From contig MU054187.1 of the NCBI GenBank assembly GCA_013239625.1, forward strand, positions 23,746,795-23,810,794: a DNA stretch of 64,000 bases. Reading direction: 5' to 3'. The translations under genes and the position numbers were made by a program. The notes below the pieces were generated by a model that was given only the letters and a program-made list of their open reading frames with translations, was not told the origin of the DNA and did no database searches. Below are positions 51,881-64,000 of this stretch, piece after piece (the stretch's first letter is position 1; every line of letters starts with the position of its first letter). The stretch comes from Lama guanicoe (taxonomy: Eukaryota).

Positions 51881-52381
51881 TGATTGGAGAGAAAGAAACT
51901 TTCCTCTACTCTTCTAGGTTCTTCTGGCTGGTTTAAGAGTTAAATTGACATGAGAAATTAATTGAGGAAAATCAAATTTTAATTTGCAAGTATGGACACC
52001 CCACATACATGAGAGGTTCAAAACCAGAAAGGTAAAATGAGGTATATATGCCATCATGATAATATATGAATGAATGGGATACATGGAATTGGTTGGGGGT
52101 CTGGGGCTTCCAAGGGCAGAAGTCTCATTTGCAGAACAATAAGAAAAGCAGATATTTGGTAATTAGATGTTTGCTCTGCCATACAGATGAGACAATTTAG
52201 ATAACATTTATCTTTGGTAACAGCCTCTTTTTCTGGGGAAGATTCCCAATTTAAATTCTTCTAGGTAGTTAAGGGAGGAACAGTGGTTTCTCTTGAGTCC
52301 ACAGGGCCCCATTGCCTTTAGATCAAAATAAACCATGTGCCTAAAGGCACATCTTGGGGAGGCATTTTCTGACCCCTGGCA
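51881..52381 (-). mobile_element. ERV1 3' LTR (MER34/LTR39-like)
   Basis: TG...CA-bounded; 'ttcctctactcttctaggttcttctggctgg...taaattgacatgaga' and 'tcaaaataaaccatgtgcctaaaggcacatcttggggaggca'; abuts ERV internal sequence. Confidence 0.75.
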
Positions 52382-53924
52382 GTTGGGGTGTAGAAGCTGT
52401 TTGGTAGACTGCTCTGTCTCCCTGAACCAGTCCCATACTCCTCCTTGAGAGGAGGGCAGTCTAGTTTAACAGCTGTGTCTCATTTAAGGAGGTGGTGATG
52501 CCAGTGGGCTCCCCAGCTTAGGCCCATAATGCAAGAAATCAGGCATTTAATAAGAAGCATTTCTATGGAAACAAAAGAAAGACAGTGCTTAGTGACAGGA
52601 ATGGACTATAACCCCAGTCTCTGAGCTCTGAGGGTAGCCATTTGGATAAAGTCCTAGATGTCAGGCTTGAAGCATCCTCAGAGGGAGTGAGACAGACAGT
52701 AGCCACCTGACAGATTTTCCCAAGTTGCAGGTTAAATGCCTTTGATCTTTCAAAGTGGTCCATGTAGAAAAAGACAGGAAGATTGTCCACACATGAGCTG
52801 TTGCAGTGATTTATCTGAAACTTTTATTAAGTTGTCTTCCTTTGGCTTACATGGCTTCAAAAAAAGACAGTTTTAGTTCTCAGTGTTTCCAAGTCAAAGG
52901 GCTGGAGAAAGACTGGGAGTGTCCTTTTGGGCAGTCATAGCCAGATATTGGGGGAAACTAGAAGAATTCAGGGTCTAGTCTGGTTTACAGATAAACAGCA
53001 AAAGTGCAAAGAAAATTAACAGCACGAGAATGTAATATTCACAAATGTGTATTAGTGAAAAAAATTTTTTTCTCTCTAAAATTCCCTACATTTCTATTAA
53101 AGATAGCCAAATTGAGACTAATATGTTTACAAAATAAGTCTAGTTTTCAGTAAAATAGATCTGATTACTTACATAAGTGTAACAAGAATGGTGTTGGTCA
53201 AAGAGGCTGTTTTAAATTTGCTTTTCCGGAACTTTTCATGAGAAATCTCAGATTGGACATTTAAAGGACTCTCAAGGCCAGGATAACCAGGCTAAGTAGT
53301 TCAGACTTTTTCTCAACTACTTACATATTTGGTGAATTTCTCTCTTTTTGAAGTCCCCAAAAATATCTTGAAGTTCCTGCACCTGCTGGAAAGTGACCAT
53401 CTTTACATACACATGCTAGAAGTCATGTAAGAAAGGTACATGGCTATTTTTCCAAGGGACTTTACTGACTCCATAAAGTCAACCCTAGTTCCTTAAAGCC
53501 ATCTGGTCCTATCTGAACTACATGTACTCTTAAACATGACATTCCAGTAAAAAGCCCTGGTAATCTTACCAATGTTCTGAATTGTATCCTATTATAGGAA
53601 GAACAGATTCTTACTGAACTTGTACAAATAAGTACATCGCCATGAAATAAGAATACTCACTAAAAGGTTCTTAATTCTGGAGGGATCAAGTAGGGAGAAA
53701 AAGATAAATGTTTTAATTCTGCTTATAAAGGTAAAATTTACCAAACTGCTATAAGTCATAGGTAGCTTAGGGGAAAAAATTCTCATATTTGGAAAATAAA
53801 AGATTAAAAAATGTTATTTTAGGCAAAAAAAGTCAGAAAAATTGTAATCATATTTACCAGGTCATTCAGCCCATGTACTTCTTGTTCTGCTGAATCTTGT
53901 TTTTCCATTAGTTCCATGGACCTT

Positions 53925-54610
53925 GATAGTTGAGGGTGACAGGGACCGTGAAAAGTTTGCAAGGGTTTTGTTAAGGCTCATATAATTTGGTGCCTTGACC
54001 ACTGGAACTGTAGAAGATACAGCCAAAGCAGAAAGCACATTTTCTAATAGTTTGTCACTGTGCGGGCGTGAGTGTTGCAACAAGGGAAGACTTCAGCCCA
54101 CCTGGAAAGCACACAAACATTAACAAGAACATATTGTGATAACCTGTACTGGGCGGTGGTTGAATGAAGTGCAGGTACAAGTGCTCAGAGGGTTCAGAGG
54201 GAGGAGGTCTGAGGCCTTTGACACAAAAAAATAGTTTTCTCAGGGTTATGAACATCACAGGTCAGACACTGCTGGTAGACTGTTTTCACGATTTTATAGA
54301 AGTCCCCCCACCAATGTTATTTATAATTTGAGTCATCTTAAGTGCACTATGACGGGTGAAGGAATGCGGAAAATGAAAATGCGGTTTGCCAGGGAGCCAG
54401 GAAGTATGAAGCGTCCATCTTGGGTTTCTTACAGTTCTAATTGCTCATTTAGTTTATAGCTGTTTTTTATCCCTCTTAGTGTCTCTGGTTCAGAGGCAGG
54501 CTGTTGCCATGTTATAAGGACCTCCGGGTGACGAAATTCTGCCATGGCTGCCTTTGCATGAGAGTCAGTGAAGGTATTTCTCTGAGACATCAGATCTTCA
54601 GGAATTTCAC
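53925..54610 (-). pseudogene. pol: Decayed ERV pol fragment: RNase H C-terminus plus integrase N-terminal and core domains
   Basis: Minus-strand frameshifted peptides: RNTFTDSHAKAAM (RNase H end), DGRFILPGSLA, HWWGDFYKIVKTVYQQCLTCDVHNP (HHCC finger), RPPPSEPSEHLYLHFIQPPPSTGY, YVLVNVCVLSRWAEVFPC, KLLENV, HGPCHPQ. Confidence 0.85.
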
Positions 54611-55098
54611 ACAATATCTGGAATATTTATAACAAACACTATACGGATACAACACAGAGAGGTTTATTGTTACTTCTTACTGGACAGTGATTAACATGTA
54701 ATCTAAATTATCAAATGTGCCAAGTCAGTATAATCTCTCTATTTTTTAAGAGCTTGAGATATTTCAGGGGCCCTCTGAAATATCGCATATCTCAAAGTTA
54801 GTTTTAAGTCAAAAAGACTTTATTTGGTATTCAATTTTGGAAAGGTTGTCAAAAATACCGAAAAGGTTTTAAAACACTCAGTCAAATAGGATCATGGGTC
54901 ACTGTGAAGCAATGCTTAGTTATCTGTATAACCAAAATGACAAAGACTTCGTAGGCAAATTAGAAGGTTATGTTGTCCTGAGAAAAATGTAGCTCTGTCC
55001 ATATCAGGAGAATCAGGTTTATATAAGTAAAGACCTGAAACAGACAATATAAAACTTAAGTGTGATTACTTTGACAAGACAATAGATTTATTTTTGAT

Positions 55099-55330
55099 AG
55101 GTGAAGGGGAGGAGATTAATAGATACAGACCTTCAGTTATATAAAAATAAGGCATGGGGATATAATATACAATATAAGGAATATGGTCAATAACATTGTA
55201 AAAGCTGTTTATGGAGACAGGTGGTTACTAGACTTAGGGTGATCATTTCATAACATATGCAAATATCAAATCATTATGTTGCATACTGGAAACTAATATA
55301 ATATTGTTTGTCAACTATATTTCAACAAAT
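55099..55330 (+). mobile_element. L1MA-like 3' end inserted in the ERV
   Basis: 'aggaatatggtcaataacattgta...tcaaatcattatgttgcatactggaaactaatataatattgtttgtcaactatatttcaa'. Confidence 0.85.
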
Positions 55331-56005
55331 AATTTACTTAATTGAATTTATTCCAATATTACCCAGTTCTGAACACACATTAAATTCTTTCCCAAAGTTT
55401 CCTTTTTCATAAATCTTCTTTTACTAAAAGCACACATCCTATTCTCCTTGCATATGAAGCTGTCTCCCTTCTGTTTTAATAGTTTTAATCACATATATTA
55501 GAATTTTTTAACTCTTATAGAAACTTTTAATTTCTGGTAAAAACTAAAAACCAAACAATTATAAATTATCTTTTACATTAGCATTCTATAGATTGGCAAA
55601 GTTATGATACTTTTTATAATTCCTAGAAACATGTGCTTTGTATAAAAAAATTTTCCCCAGCATGCCACCAAACATATTTACTAGTAGTCCCAGATATCTT
55701 TAGTTTTTCTGTAAAATAAACTTATGTGTAATATTAATATTTCAGTATTTTATTCTATTTAGGAATGATCAAGATATTCAATAAGTTTAACTTAACTCAT
55801 CATTTGACTTAATTTAGCAAAATTCTAAGTATGTATGTTACCAAAGAAATTTGGGAAACTGTTTTAGTAGACACATTACAAAGCAATCATTGGCAAAAAG
55901 TGCACCTAGAAACTTTTATATTATTTACAGTTATTTAATTTGTTTGTTCTTAACAACCATGTTTAAATTATGGACAGAAAAACTTCATTAGACATTAGAC
56001 AACAT

Positions 56006-56470
56006 TGTTAGAGCAGGCAGACAGCTAGATATGAGCAGAGAAAGGGGTAGGCAGGCCAAATGGCAGGAATTGGGCAAAAAGCAGGGGCATGGGCCAAATG
56101 CAGGAAAGCATACATCATGTAAACAACAAGGGTCCCTGGGCAGAGGGAGAAAAGCAGGAACCTGTGGGTTGATAAACAGTCACACATTTTTGGATGACAA
56201 GTGGCCTGGAGGCCACAAAGGAAGTTGGGAACCAAGGCAGGAATCTTCAGTGTCCGAATGTAACCTGTTACTCATTTTGCCCTCATTTCAATAAAATTAG
56301 CCTTGTAGATTAGAAGTACCCATCATGTACCTATGCCATGATACTTCTGATTCAAATTAAACAAGGACAAATATCTCTCCTCCCTTCAGGAATGTGGAGT
56401 TGGGATCAAAATCAGGGAATATGAACCCAAACCCTCTCCTCCCCGATGAATATTATGCTCTTTTCTTTTT
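56006..56470 (+). mobile_element. ERV1 LTR, 3'-truncated
   Basis: Starts TGTTAGAGCAGGCAGACAGCTAGATATGAGCAG (MER50/66-like start); no CA terminus or second TSD found. Confidence 0.7.
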
Positions 56471-56482
56471 GGCATGAGCTAT

Positions 56483-57105
56483 TCTTTTTTATTTTTAATT
56501 GAGTGTAGTCAGTTTACAATGTTGTGTGAATTTCTGGTGTACAGCATAATAGTTCAATCATACATATACATACATATATTCATTTTCATATTCTTTTTCA
56601 TTATAGGTCACTACAAGATACTCAATATAGTTTCCTGTGCTCTACAGTAGAAACTTCCTTTTTATTTTATATGTGGTAGTTAGGATCTGCAAGTCTCAAA
56701 CTCCCAACTTATTCTTTCTCACCCCCTTCTCCCCTGGTAACCGTAAGTTTGTTTTCTATGTCTGTGAGTCTGTTTCTGTTTTGTAAATAAGTTCACTCAT
56801 CTTTTTTTTTTTTTAGATTATACATATAAATGATGGCATATGATATTTTTATTTGTCTTTTTGGCTTACTTCACTTAGAATGACGATCCCCAGGTCCATC
56901 CATATTGCTGCCAATGGCATTATTTTATTCTTTTTATGGCTGAGTAGTATTCCATTGTATAAATATACCACAGCTTCTTTATCCAGTCATCTGTCAATGG
57001 GCATTCAGGTTGCTTCCATGTCTTGGCTGTTGTAAATGGTGCTGCTATGAACATTGGGGTGCATGTGCCTTTCCTATTAGTGTTTCTTCCAGATATACAC
57101 CCAAA
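56483..57105 (-). mobile_element. 5'-truncated L1, camelid-type 3' end
   Basis: T-rich tail, then 'agtcagtttacaatgttgtgtgaatttctggtgtacagcataa...gctgctatgaacattggggtgcatgtg...agatatacaccca'. Confidence 0.92.
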
Positions 57106-57179
57106 AGTTTAGTCATATTTAAAATCATCCTCTATATCATGTTTTTCTTTTCTGCCAATATGCTTATTAAGTTATATAG

Positions 57180-58030
57180 AAAAAACTCACACTCTATCCT
57201 ACATCATCAATAGACTTTTCTTGCCTTCTTAGTCAAACATCTTGAAATTGTAGACTACTTACTCTTTCCATTACTTTATCTTCCAAAAGCTTTTTATTAT
57301 TAGAAAATTTGGCTTCTGAATTCACTGCTTTATGGGAACTGCTTTTATTATGATTGATTTTATCTTTTAATTGCTAAAACTACTAATTGCTTTTTAGTTA
57401 TTATCTATTAAATATCTCTGCTGTATTTGACCATTGAGAAATCTGTTCTTAAAATTCTTATCTTTTATTTTCTTGGTCAACATTAGTATAATATTCATAT
57501 TTTGGTGAGATTTTATTAGATTACATCACTAGCTTCTCTTCCTCGGTGTATTCTTAAGACACAATATTTCCTTGGTTCCATCTTTTGCTCTTTCTTCTAA
57601 CTCAGTGTCCTTTAAGTTAGTTTGCATCCATGTTATCAACTAAATACATATTATGATTATTCCCAAATATCATCTGTGGTAAAAATTTATCCATCCAACC
57701 CACTTTATGTATCCTAACTTGAATTACCAATGCACTTCAAATGTTTATAATATCTTTATATATTACTTTCTTAAATATTATACTATTTTATCTTCCACAT
57801 AAGGAAAAAAAACTACCTAAAATTATGTTTAATGCACTGCAAGAAACTTATCTGAATTTTATTTACTTTATACCTACAGCAGTATCCATCTCCCATGTTT
57901 CTGATTGCAACACTTATAGTTCTACATGGAAAACCATGCCAATTTAAGTGTCTTTATTTTGCCCTTTTATGGTAGATTTTTACTCATTTCCTTTAAGATT
58001 ATGCTTGAATTTCACTTACTTCATGGTACC
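57180..58030 (+). mobile_element. Highly decayed L2
   Basis: Pyrimidine-rich L2-like motifs ('gatgattcccaaatat'-like, 'ctctgctgtatttgacca'); may continue at 59700-59850 (L2 3' end). Confidence 0.5.
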
Positions 58031-58064
58031 TTTATTCCCAGGTTTTTTTGTTTTTGTTTTTGTT

Positions 58065-58613
58065 TTTCTGTTTTTGCTGCCATAAAAATTACCACAAAGT
58101 TAATGGTTTAAGTAACACAAATTTATCACCTAACAGTTCTGCAGGTCAGAAATTTGACACTTGTCTCACTGGGCTAATATCAAGATGTTGGCTGCATTTC
58201 TCTCTGGAAGCACCAGGGAAGATCTGTTTGCTTGCTCCTTTGAGTTGCTGGTAGCATTCATTTTCAAGCAGTTGTGAAAGTAAGCTGTCCATTTCCTTGT
58301 TGGCTGTCTACTGAGGGCTGCTAGTAGCTCCCAGAGATGTCTCTTCAGTTCACTCACATAGTCCCTACATCTCAGAAATAGAATGGAACATCTAATCCTT
58401 CTCATACAATCATTTAGATTCAGCCCAGAGAGTTTCTTCACTTTTAAGAACTCATGTGATTAGATTTGGCCCACCCTAATAATCAAGGTAAATCTTTTGA
58501 TCCTATCCTTAATTACATTTGCAAGATCTCTTTTCCCATGTGAGATAACACACTCATAGATGCCAGGGATTATGGCGAGGACATCTTTGAGAGACCATTA
58601 TCCTGCCTACATA
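58065..58613 (-). mobile_element. MaLR LTR (MLT1D/E-like)
   Basis: 'ttgctgccataaaaattaccacaaa...acagttctgcaggtcagaaatttgac...ggacatctttgagagaccattatcctgcctacata'. Confidence 0.9.
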
Positions 58614-59695
58614 GTCTGTCCTCTGGCCCCCAAAGCTCTACACCCACCTCAGATATATTTTCTTCAGCCCAGAGTCACTTAAATTCTCAACCCATTACAT
58701 CATCAACTCAAGCTCCAAAAATCTCAACTGAATCTCATCAGTTCAACAGTCCCAAATCTCATGATATACCTTAGGTATCCATGAGGCTCTGGTTTTAATC
58801 CAGTTATAATTGGGTACAATTAATCTCTATTTGTGGACCTGTGAAATTAAAGAAACAAGCTATCTGGTCCCAAATGATGAGATGTGTATAGAATAACACT
58901 TACAGATATCCCAGATTTAAAAGGGAGAAAGGAAAGAAAAAAGGGTAGTACTAAGCAATTTCAAAGTACATTCAAGCAAACTCCATTAGGTGTCAAGGCC
59001 TGAGAACAGTTTTCTATGTCTCTGGCTCTGTTCCTTGGGCCTACAGCTCCACCCTCTGAGCCATTCATTCTTTATCATAAAAGGTATCATGTGTTTTAAG
59101 CAAATTACTTATAAGCCTGTTTTTCTGACACCCTTCTTTCTTTAAAACTCCCTCTCTGTCTCAGTCCAGTCTAGCAGTGCTTCTGCTGATGTAACATTTT
59201 CAAGAGATGTGTGGTTTCCTATGTATATCACATATATTCACACCATTAACCAAGAGGCTGGTCCACATGTTTTTCCTAGATAATTCCCTTCCTATATTCA
59301 TGTTCACTGTTTTCTGAGATTGCTGAGAGACAATGCCTTAAAGCTTCCTAGATATTCTTTTGTTTAATTGAAGAGATCCCAGTCACAATTTCAGCCTCAT
59401 CAAAGGATCTTTTGTGTCACTGAATATGCCGACGTTTTGATCCTCTGAGATCAAAATGTTGTATAGCCATACTCTCAATTTTCCCTCTAAGACAAGCTTT
59501 CCCCAGTGTGAATCTCTCAATTTTAGAGTCTTTTGCCTTCTAAACAGACTGAGAAATTCCCCAATCATTGAGTCTTGTTTTCTTTTTGTTTGATAGTTAT
59601 TCCTTCAATTTATCTTTTTTCTTTCACATGTTATTTTGAGCAGTAAGAATAAATCAGGCCACAGCTTCAATGCTTTGCTTGGAAATTTCCTCATC
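58614..59695 (-). mobile_element. MaLR internal sequence (MLT1-int), partial
   Basis: Directly follows the LTR with 'gtctgtcctctggcccccaaag...ctcaacccattacatcatcaactcaag'; ends 'gctttgcttggaaatttcctca'. Confidence 0.8.
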
Positions 59696-62249
59696 TCTGG
59701 CATTTATTATATTTTATTATCATTTTTATTTATACACCTACATCTTCCGTTGGACTGTGAGCACCTTTTGAACAGATAATTGGCCCTAGAAATCTTTGCA
59801 TTCCTGGCATGTATCAGAGCTTAATAAAGACTTGTTAATTGAATACAAATCATTTATTCAATAATCCTTTCTCCACTTCCATTCTCCTGTTGACTATCAT
59901 AAAAGGTAAATATTTCAACTGAGAATAGTTTTAAGGGTATGTTCTCAATTAAAGAGGTAATTATAAATATTCCAAATTTGGTTATAGTCCAAGCGGTCTC
60001 TATAATTTTTATTCAACTAATATAAATTTATGTGAAAAATAAAATTTCTCTCTTTGAAAATGCTCCATACTCACTATAAAGAAATCTTCGATCAATACAA
60101 CCATACTGTGCTACCCCCATAAAAAATGCTAAATTTCTAACTAGATTTATTCTCCTTTTTTCTTAACAATATTTTAGAATTATTTCAACATTCAGAAAAA
60201 AAGGAAAAGTACGCAACTGAGCAGACTTTGTCAGCTAAATTATCCTTTTACTCACTATGAATACAACTTTATTTGTGATAATTCCCTGATGCTCTATCCT
60301 TTACATAACAATTTCAGTATCAAATGTAGAATGAGGTCATTTTGTTAAAGGAAATTGTGCCATTTAAAATGATATAACTTCTAAAAAACTGGCATTAAAC
60401 CTGTCTGTGTGATATATATGAGACTTTCATCTGTAAAGGTCATAATTGTTCAGAAACTGACCAATGTTGATATTTACTTATTTGGCTGCTAAGAAATAAA
60501 ATCATATAAACACAATCTTCTTCCAAAATTCTTTATGCCACTGAAATCCTGAATATCTGGATAGAGGAGCCATGTTACTGCACAAAATAAATAGCCTGTG
60601 AGATGTAAAAAATAGATTAACACATAACCCACTGAAGAGCAAATAATGCAATCAGATTTTTTGCTCACATTTAAAAGCTCTTCTTCATATTAACTCTTCG
60701 TTTATACAGTTTTTAGAAATGGAGTTATGGAATACAGTCTTATTTAAAATAAATCTCTTTCATCTCAAAGCAGCACTGAGAAAATTGTTATAATGAACTA
60801 TCTCAGAGGTTACATTTACAGTAACATAATATCTTTGAAATATACTAACACTAATTTCAGGCACAATCCAGTATTATAATGTTACATTTACTTTTATGAA
60901 CATATTCATTTGAAAATCGTATATATATGTTCACATAAAAGAATGGTGTTTTAGATACTTCTGATTCAGACATATGAAATGTATTTTAAATAAAAAGTTT
61001 TCAGATTATATGTGGAAGTATCAGAATATAGCTTTATCCACTTGGTCTGTCCAATGTAAAATATATTGTGTATTACAATCTTTCTGTTAATCAGCTAAGC
61101 TAATTATTTTTGATGATTGTATAGCATTAAGGCATGAAGAATAGTGATTATTAATTTAATTAGATGTCATATGATCTGAATCCAGCAGAATGAAATAAAG
61201 AAAGAAAATGAAACAAAGCGAAAAAAAATGGAGGACAAAAGGATTTAACCTTTCCTTAGAAACAGTTGTGGAGAATTTAAAAAGAATATCTACATTAAAA
61301 AGCATGGCTTTCCTGCTCCTGAATATGTTTCTCAGTCAGAGGGGGTGGCATTGCATCCTACATTCCAGCTCGACTGCAATCTGTCCCTGGCGGGACCATC
61401 CATCTGTTTAGCCTGAACAACCCCGCCATTGCTTATGGGCTCATTCGCAGATGTAAGTAGGAGGTTGACTACAGGTTTTCTGACTTATACTTGAATCCAA
61501 GCTAATGTGACACATTTGCAAGCGTAGCTGCACATGTTCTGGTTTAACTGGGAAATCTCTCCTTTGACTTTCAAAATAGCACAGAAGCAGAGATTCTGAG
61601 TCGAAATAGACCTAGATTCTGAACAGGCCTGATGCAGCTTGAAGAAGACTGATGGTGTGGAGAGGATACAAGGACTGTCGGGAAGCAAGGATGGCTCCAG
61701 AAGGGGTGAACAGCTGGGCTTCCTTTACGTCCTCCATGTGGCGCTGATGGGAGGTGAGAGCCTTGGGAAGAGTCTGCTCTTTTAGCGTGGGCTCCACAAT
61801 CCAAAATGTCATAAAGGTACAAAGTAACTAGGGCAGCTTCCCGAGCTGCAGTAGAGCCCCTTCTAAAATCTTTGTGACACTCTTGCTGCTTTCATTTGAT
61901 ATTTTTGGATCCCAGAATTATTTACACAGTTGGAATGGTGTTTTTCAGTTGGAAAATTTAAGTATCTGAGGTATAAATCAGATATTGGACTTCATTCACA
62001 TTTCTCTACATCTTCATCAAGACAGCCTATAAGGCTATGTTGAACATTGCACAATGTTTACAAGTACAAAACATACTGAACATGTGTCAGGCATTTACAA
62101 ACCCTGCAACCGTGGAGCAGTCCTCCAGCATCGTATAGAACAGTGCGTCTGCCTCCTGAAATGTTCTGACTACTGGTGGTAATTTCTTTACAAGTGAAAA
62201 CTAGTCCCCTCCGTTCTCAGAATACTTGTAATCCAAGCACTTCGCATCT

Positions 62250-62550
62250 CCACGTCTTCGTTTGTGCTCTTAGACTGTTTAACTAGTTTCAGGTTTCAGC
62301 TCAGATGTCATCTGTTCCACGAATCCTTCCTTGACTGTCTCAGTCAGTATTAATCACTTACTACCTCTGTACTTTCATAGCACTTTGTTTTCATCTGTTA
62401 TATCAGGCATCACAGTCTGAATTGTGTTATTGATGTAAACGTGTTTGTATTTTCTAGTAGACTCTGATATCTTACTTCTGTTTGTGTGGTTCTGTTTTCA
62501 GTCAAGGATCTTAAATAAAGTATGCTTCCTATTAATGTTAATTGGGTTGA
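62250..62550 (+). mobile_element. L2 3' fragment
   Basis: 'ttcagctcagatgtcatctgttccacgaatccttccttgac...ctagtagactctgat'. Confidence 0.7.
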
Positions 62551-63148
62551 ATTTTAGGCATTCATGAAATGCGACTTTCAGTAAAGCTTTTGTATAATTT
62601 CATCCAGATAGTTCAATTTAAAAAAAAAAGTAGAACTCTTACAATTCATATACTTTATATTTACTTACTCCTTTATAGTTTAGAAGTACTTCTATAATAA
62701 ATATACATGTGCAAATGTAAGAGTCCAGCAAAAAAATTCCAGCTGCTAAAGGCAGAGCAGATGACATGCAATTTGACCTGGGAAGGAAACCCAAAGCACA
62801 ACTCTTCCAAAAAATGGGGAATGCTGTTTTTCACGGAGTACTCAGAATATAAGCTGTTCTCTTCCTATCTAAAGAGAGAGAGAGGGAGAGAGATCTCTAC
62901 ACGAGAAAAGAGAAGTCAGTATTTGCATTTCCATCAACCTTAGGAAGCCGCCTTGCTAAGTTTACAACGGAAGAGAATCGAATCGCACTTCAGAAGTCTC
63001 TGCATTTTTACAGAGGTGTGAAGTAGCAAAGAAAACCAGAAATAGAGCATCATTCTCAATTTATGCTCTGAAAGGTAAGCTCTAAGAGCTCATAGATGTG
63101 CTTCAGAACTTCCCAAGGGAAAGGGAGAGGAAAGGGGTAGGAGTCCAG

Positions 63149-63151
<3 letters not shown>

Positions 63152-63221
<70 letters not shown>
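63152..63221. repeat. (CT)n(CA)n compound microsatellite
   Basis: Directly visible, near-perfect. Confidence 0.97.
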
Positions 63222-63224
<3 letters not shown>

Positions 63225-63369
63225 CTACTTCCGATTTTGCAATTTTCTTCTAAGTATGTTGATCTCCTTCTTAAAATACATTTGAAGAAATGGTTCCTTG
63301 ACTAAAATGAACAATTTTGAAAGCCATTGACCCAAGGGCAATGAAAATAAAATAAACAAATTCTTAAGT

Positions 63370-63780
63370 AAGTTTTAAGTTATCACTGCAGTTCCCTAGA
63401 AAGCAAAGTTTAAGCAAAGATTAACATGCTGAAGCTTTATTAGAGAGAATGTTAGAGAGAATCAGAGGAAAGTAAAGCTGGGAAAGATACAAAACAGTGG
63501 GAAGCATGACTCACTTCACAAGAAGCCACAAAAAGATACAGCAGGTCCCTCAGGAAGGGGGATCATTGGTTTACTGGATGATTTCCTGGAAACAACAAAA
63601 GGCTGGAGAACTTACCTGCTGGCTCTCTCCCTTCACACACAGTCCACTGACTACGTCTCATCCTGCAGAAACCTCACTCACCGCATCTCCAACTTGCATC
63701 ATCAGGTCCCCTTGAGGCCACTCAGAAAGGCAGTTCCCACACATTTCTTTCAAGCCTAGATGTGAAGAGGCAACATAGCA
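63370..63780 (-). mobile_element. ERVL LTR remnant (LTR16-like)
   Basis: 'gttccctagaaagcaaagtttaagcaaagattaacatgctgaagctttattagagag' (minus-strand AATAAA) resembles LTR16-family ends. Confidence 0.5.
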
Positions 63781-64000
63781 AAAGTTAAACTTCAACCAAA
63801 AAGAAATAAAGAAGATATTTGTGGAACTTCGGGGAAGAGCACAAGATCTGTGTCCAAGTTTTTTAAGAAACTTTCAATTGTAGAAGTGAATAGCCTTACT
63901 TGAATAAGCACCAAGAACCACAAAACTTAGATTGGCTTTTGTCAGCTGAAATAAATGCGCAGCCTAAACATTGAGAGTTATGTTTTATTTGATGGGATGA

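Larger units (their letters stand above)
52382..56005 (-). mobile_element. ERV1 internal region (MER4-group/MER34-int-like), 5' part missing
   Basis: Long AT-rich non-coding internal sequence typical of MER4-group elements, with an embedded pol fragment. Confidence 0.75.

Noticed and set aside
1..64000. Prokaryotic systems (CRISPR, operons, defence islands), rRNA/tRNA genes, NUMT
   Set aside because: Sequence is mammalian and repeat-rich; I saw no regularly spaced repeats, long ORFs, tRNA A/B-box cloverleafs or mitochondrial-like genes

Overview
This is AT-rich, CpG-depleted eutherian mammal genomic DNA, intergenic or deep intronic, and not prokaryotic. The L1 3' ends are of cetartiodactyl type, and I saw no Alu, B1/B2, SINEC, ERE, PRE-1, CHR-2 or Bov-A/tA/BovB, so a camelid is the best guess (inference). 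I found no recognisable host protein-coding gene, rRNA, tRNA or CRISPR array. Nearly all ORFs in the track are chance ORFs in repeats. Three sets of ORFs are real protein fossils: a Charlie1-like hAT transposase (~3050-5050), L1 ORF2 (~28400-29750) and a class I ERV RNaseH/integrase fragment (~53925-54610, minus). Much of the window is a nested mosaic of L1, L2, MIR, MaLR/ERV LTRs and hAT elements. Repeat family names come from my recall of consensus sequences and need RepeatMasker/Dfam confirmation; many boundaries are approximate. The most notable observations are: two copies of an unusual ~235 bp retroposed tail replacing the normal L1 3' end; a CpG-retaining zone over ancient repeats, with an internal control; a perfect 18-bp CG palindrome inside L1 ORF2; several candidate exons; and several motif-dense unique blocks that may be enhancers. 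I cannot support a claim of a wholly new biological system from sequence alone.
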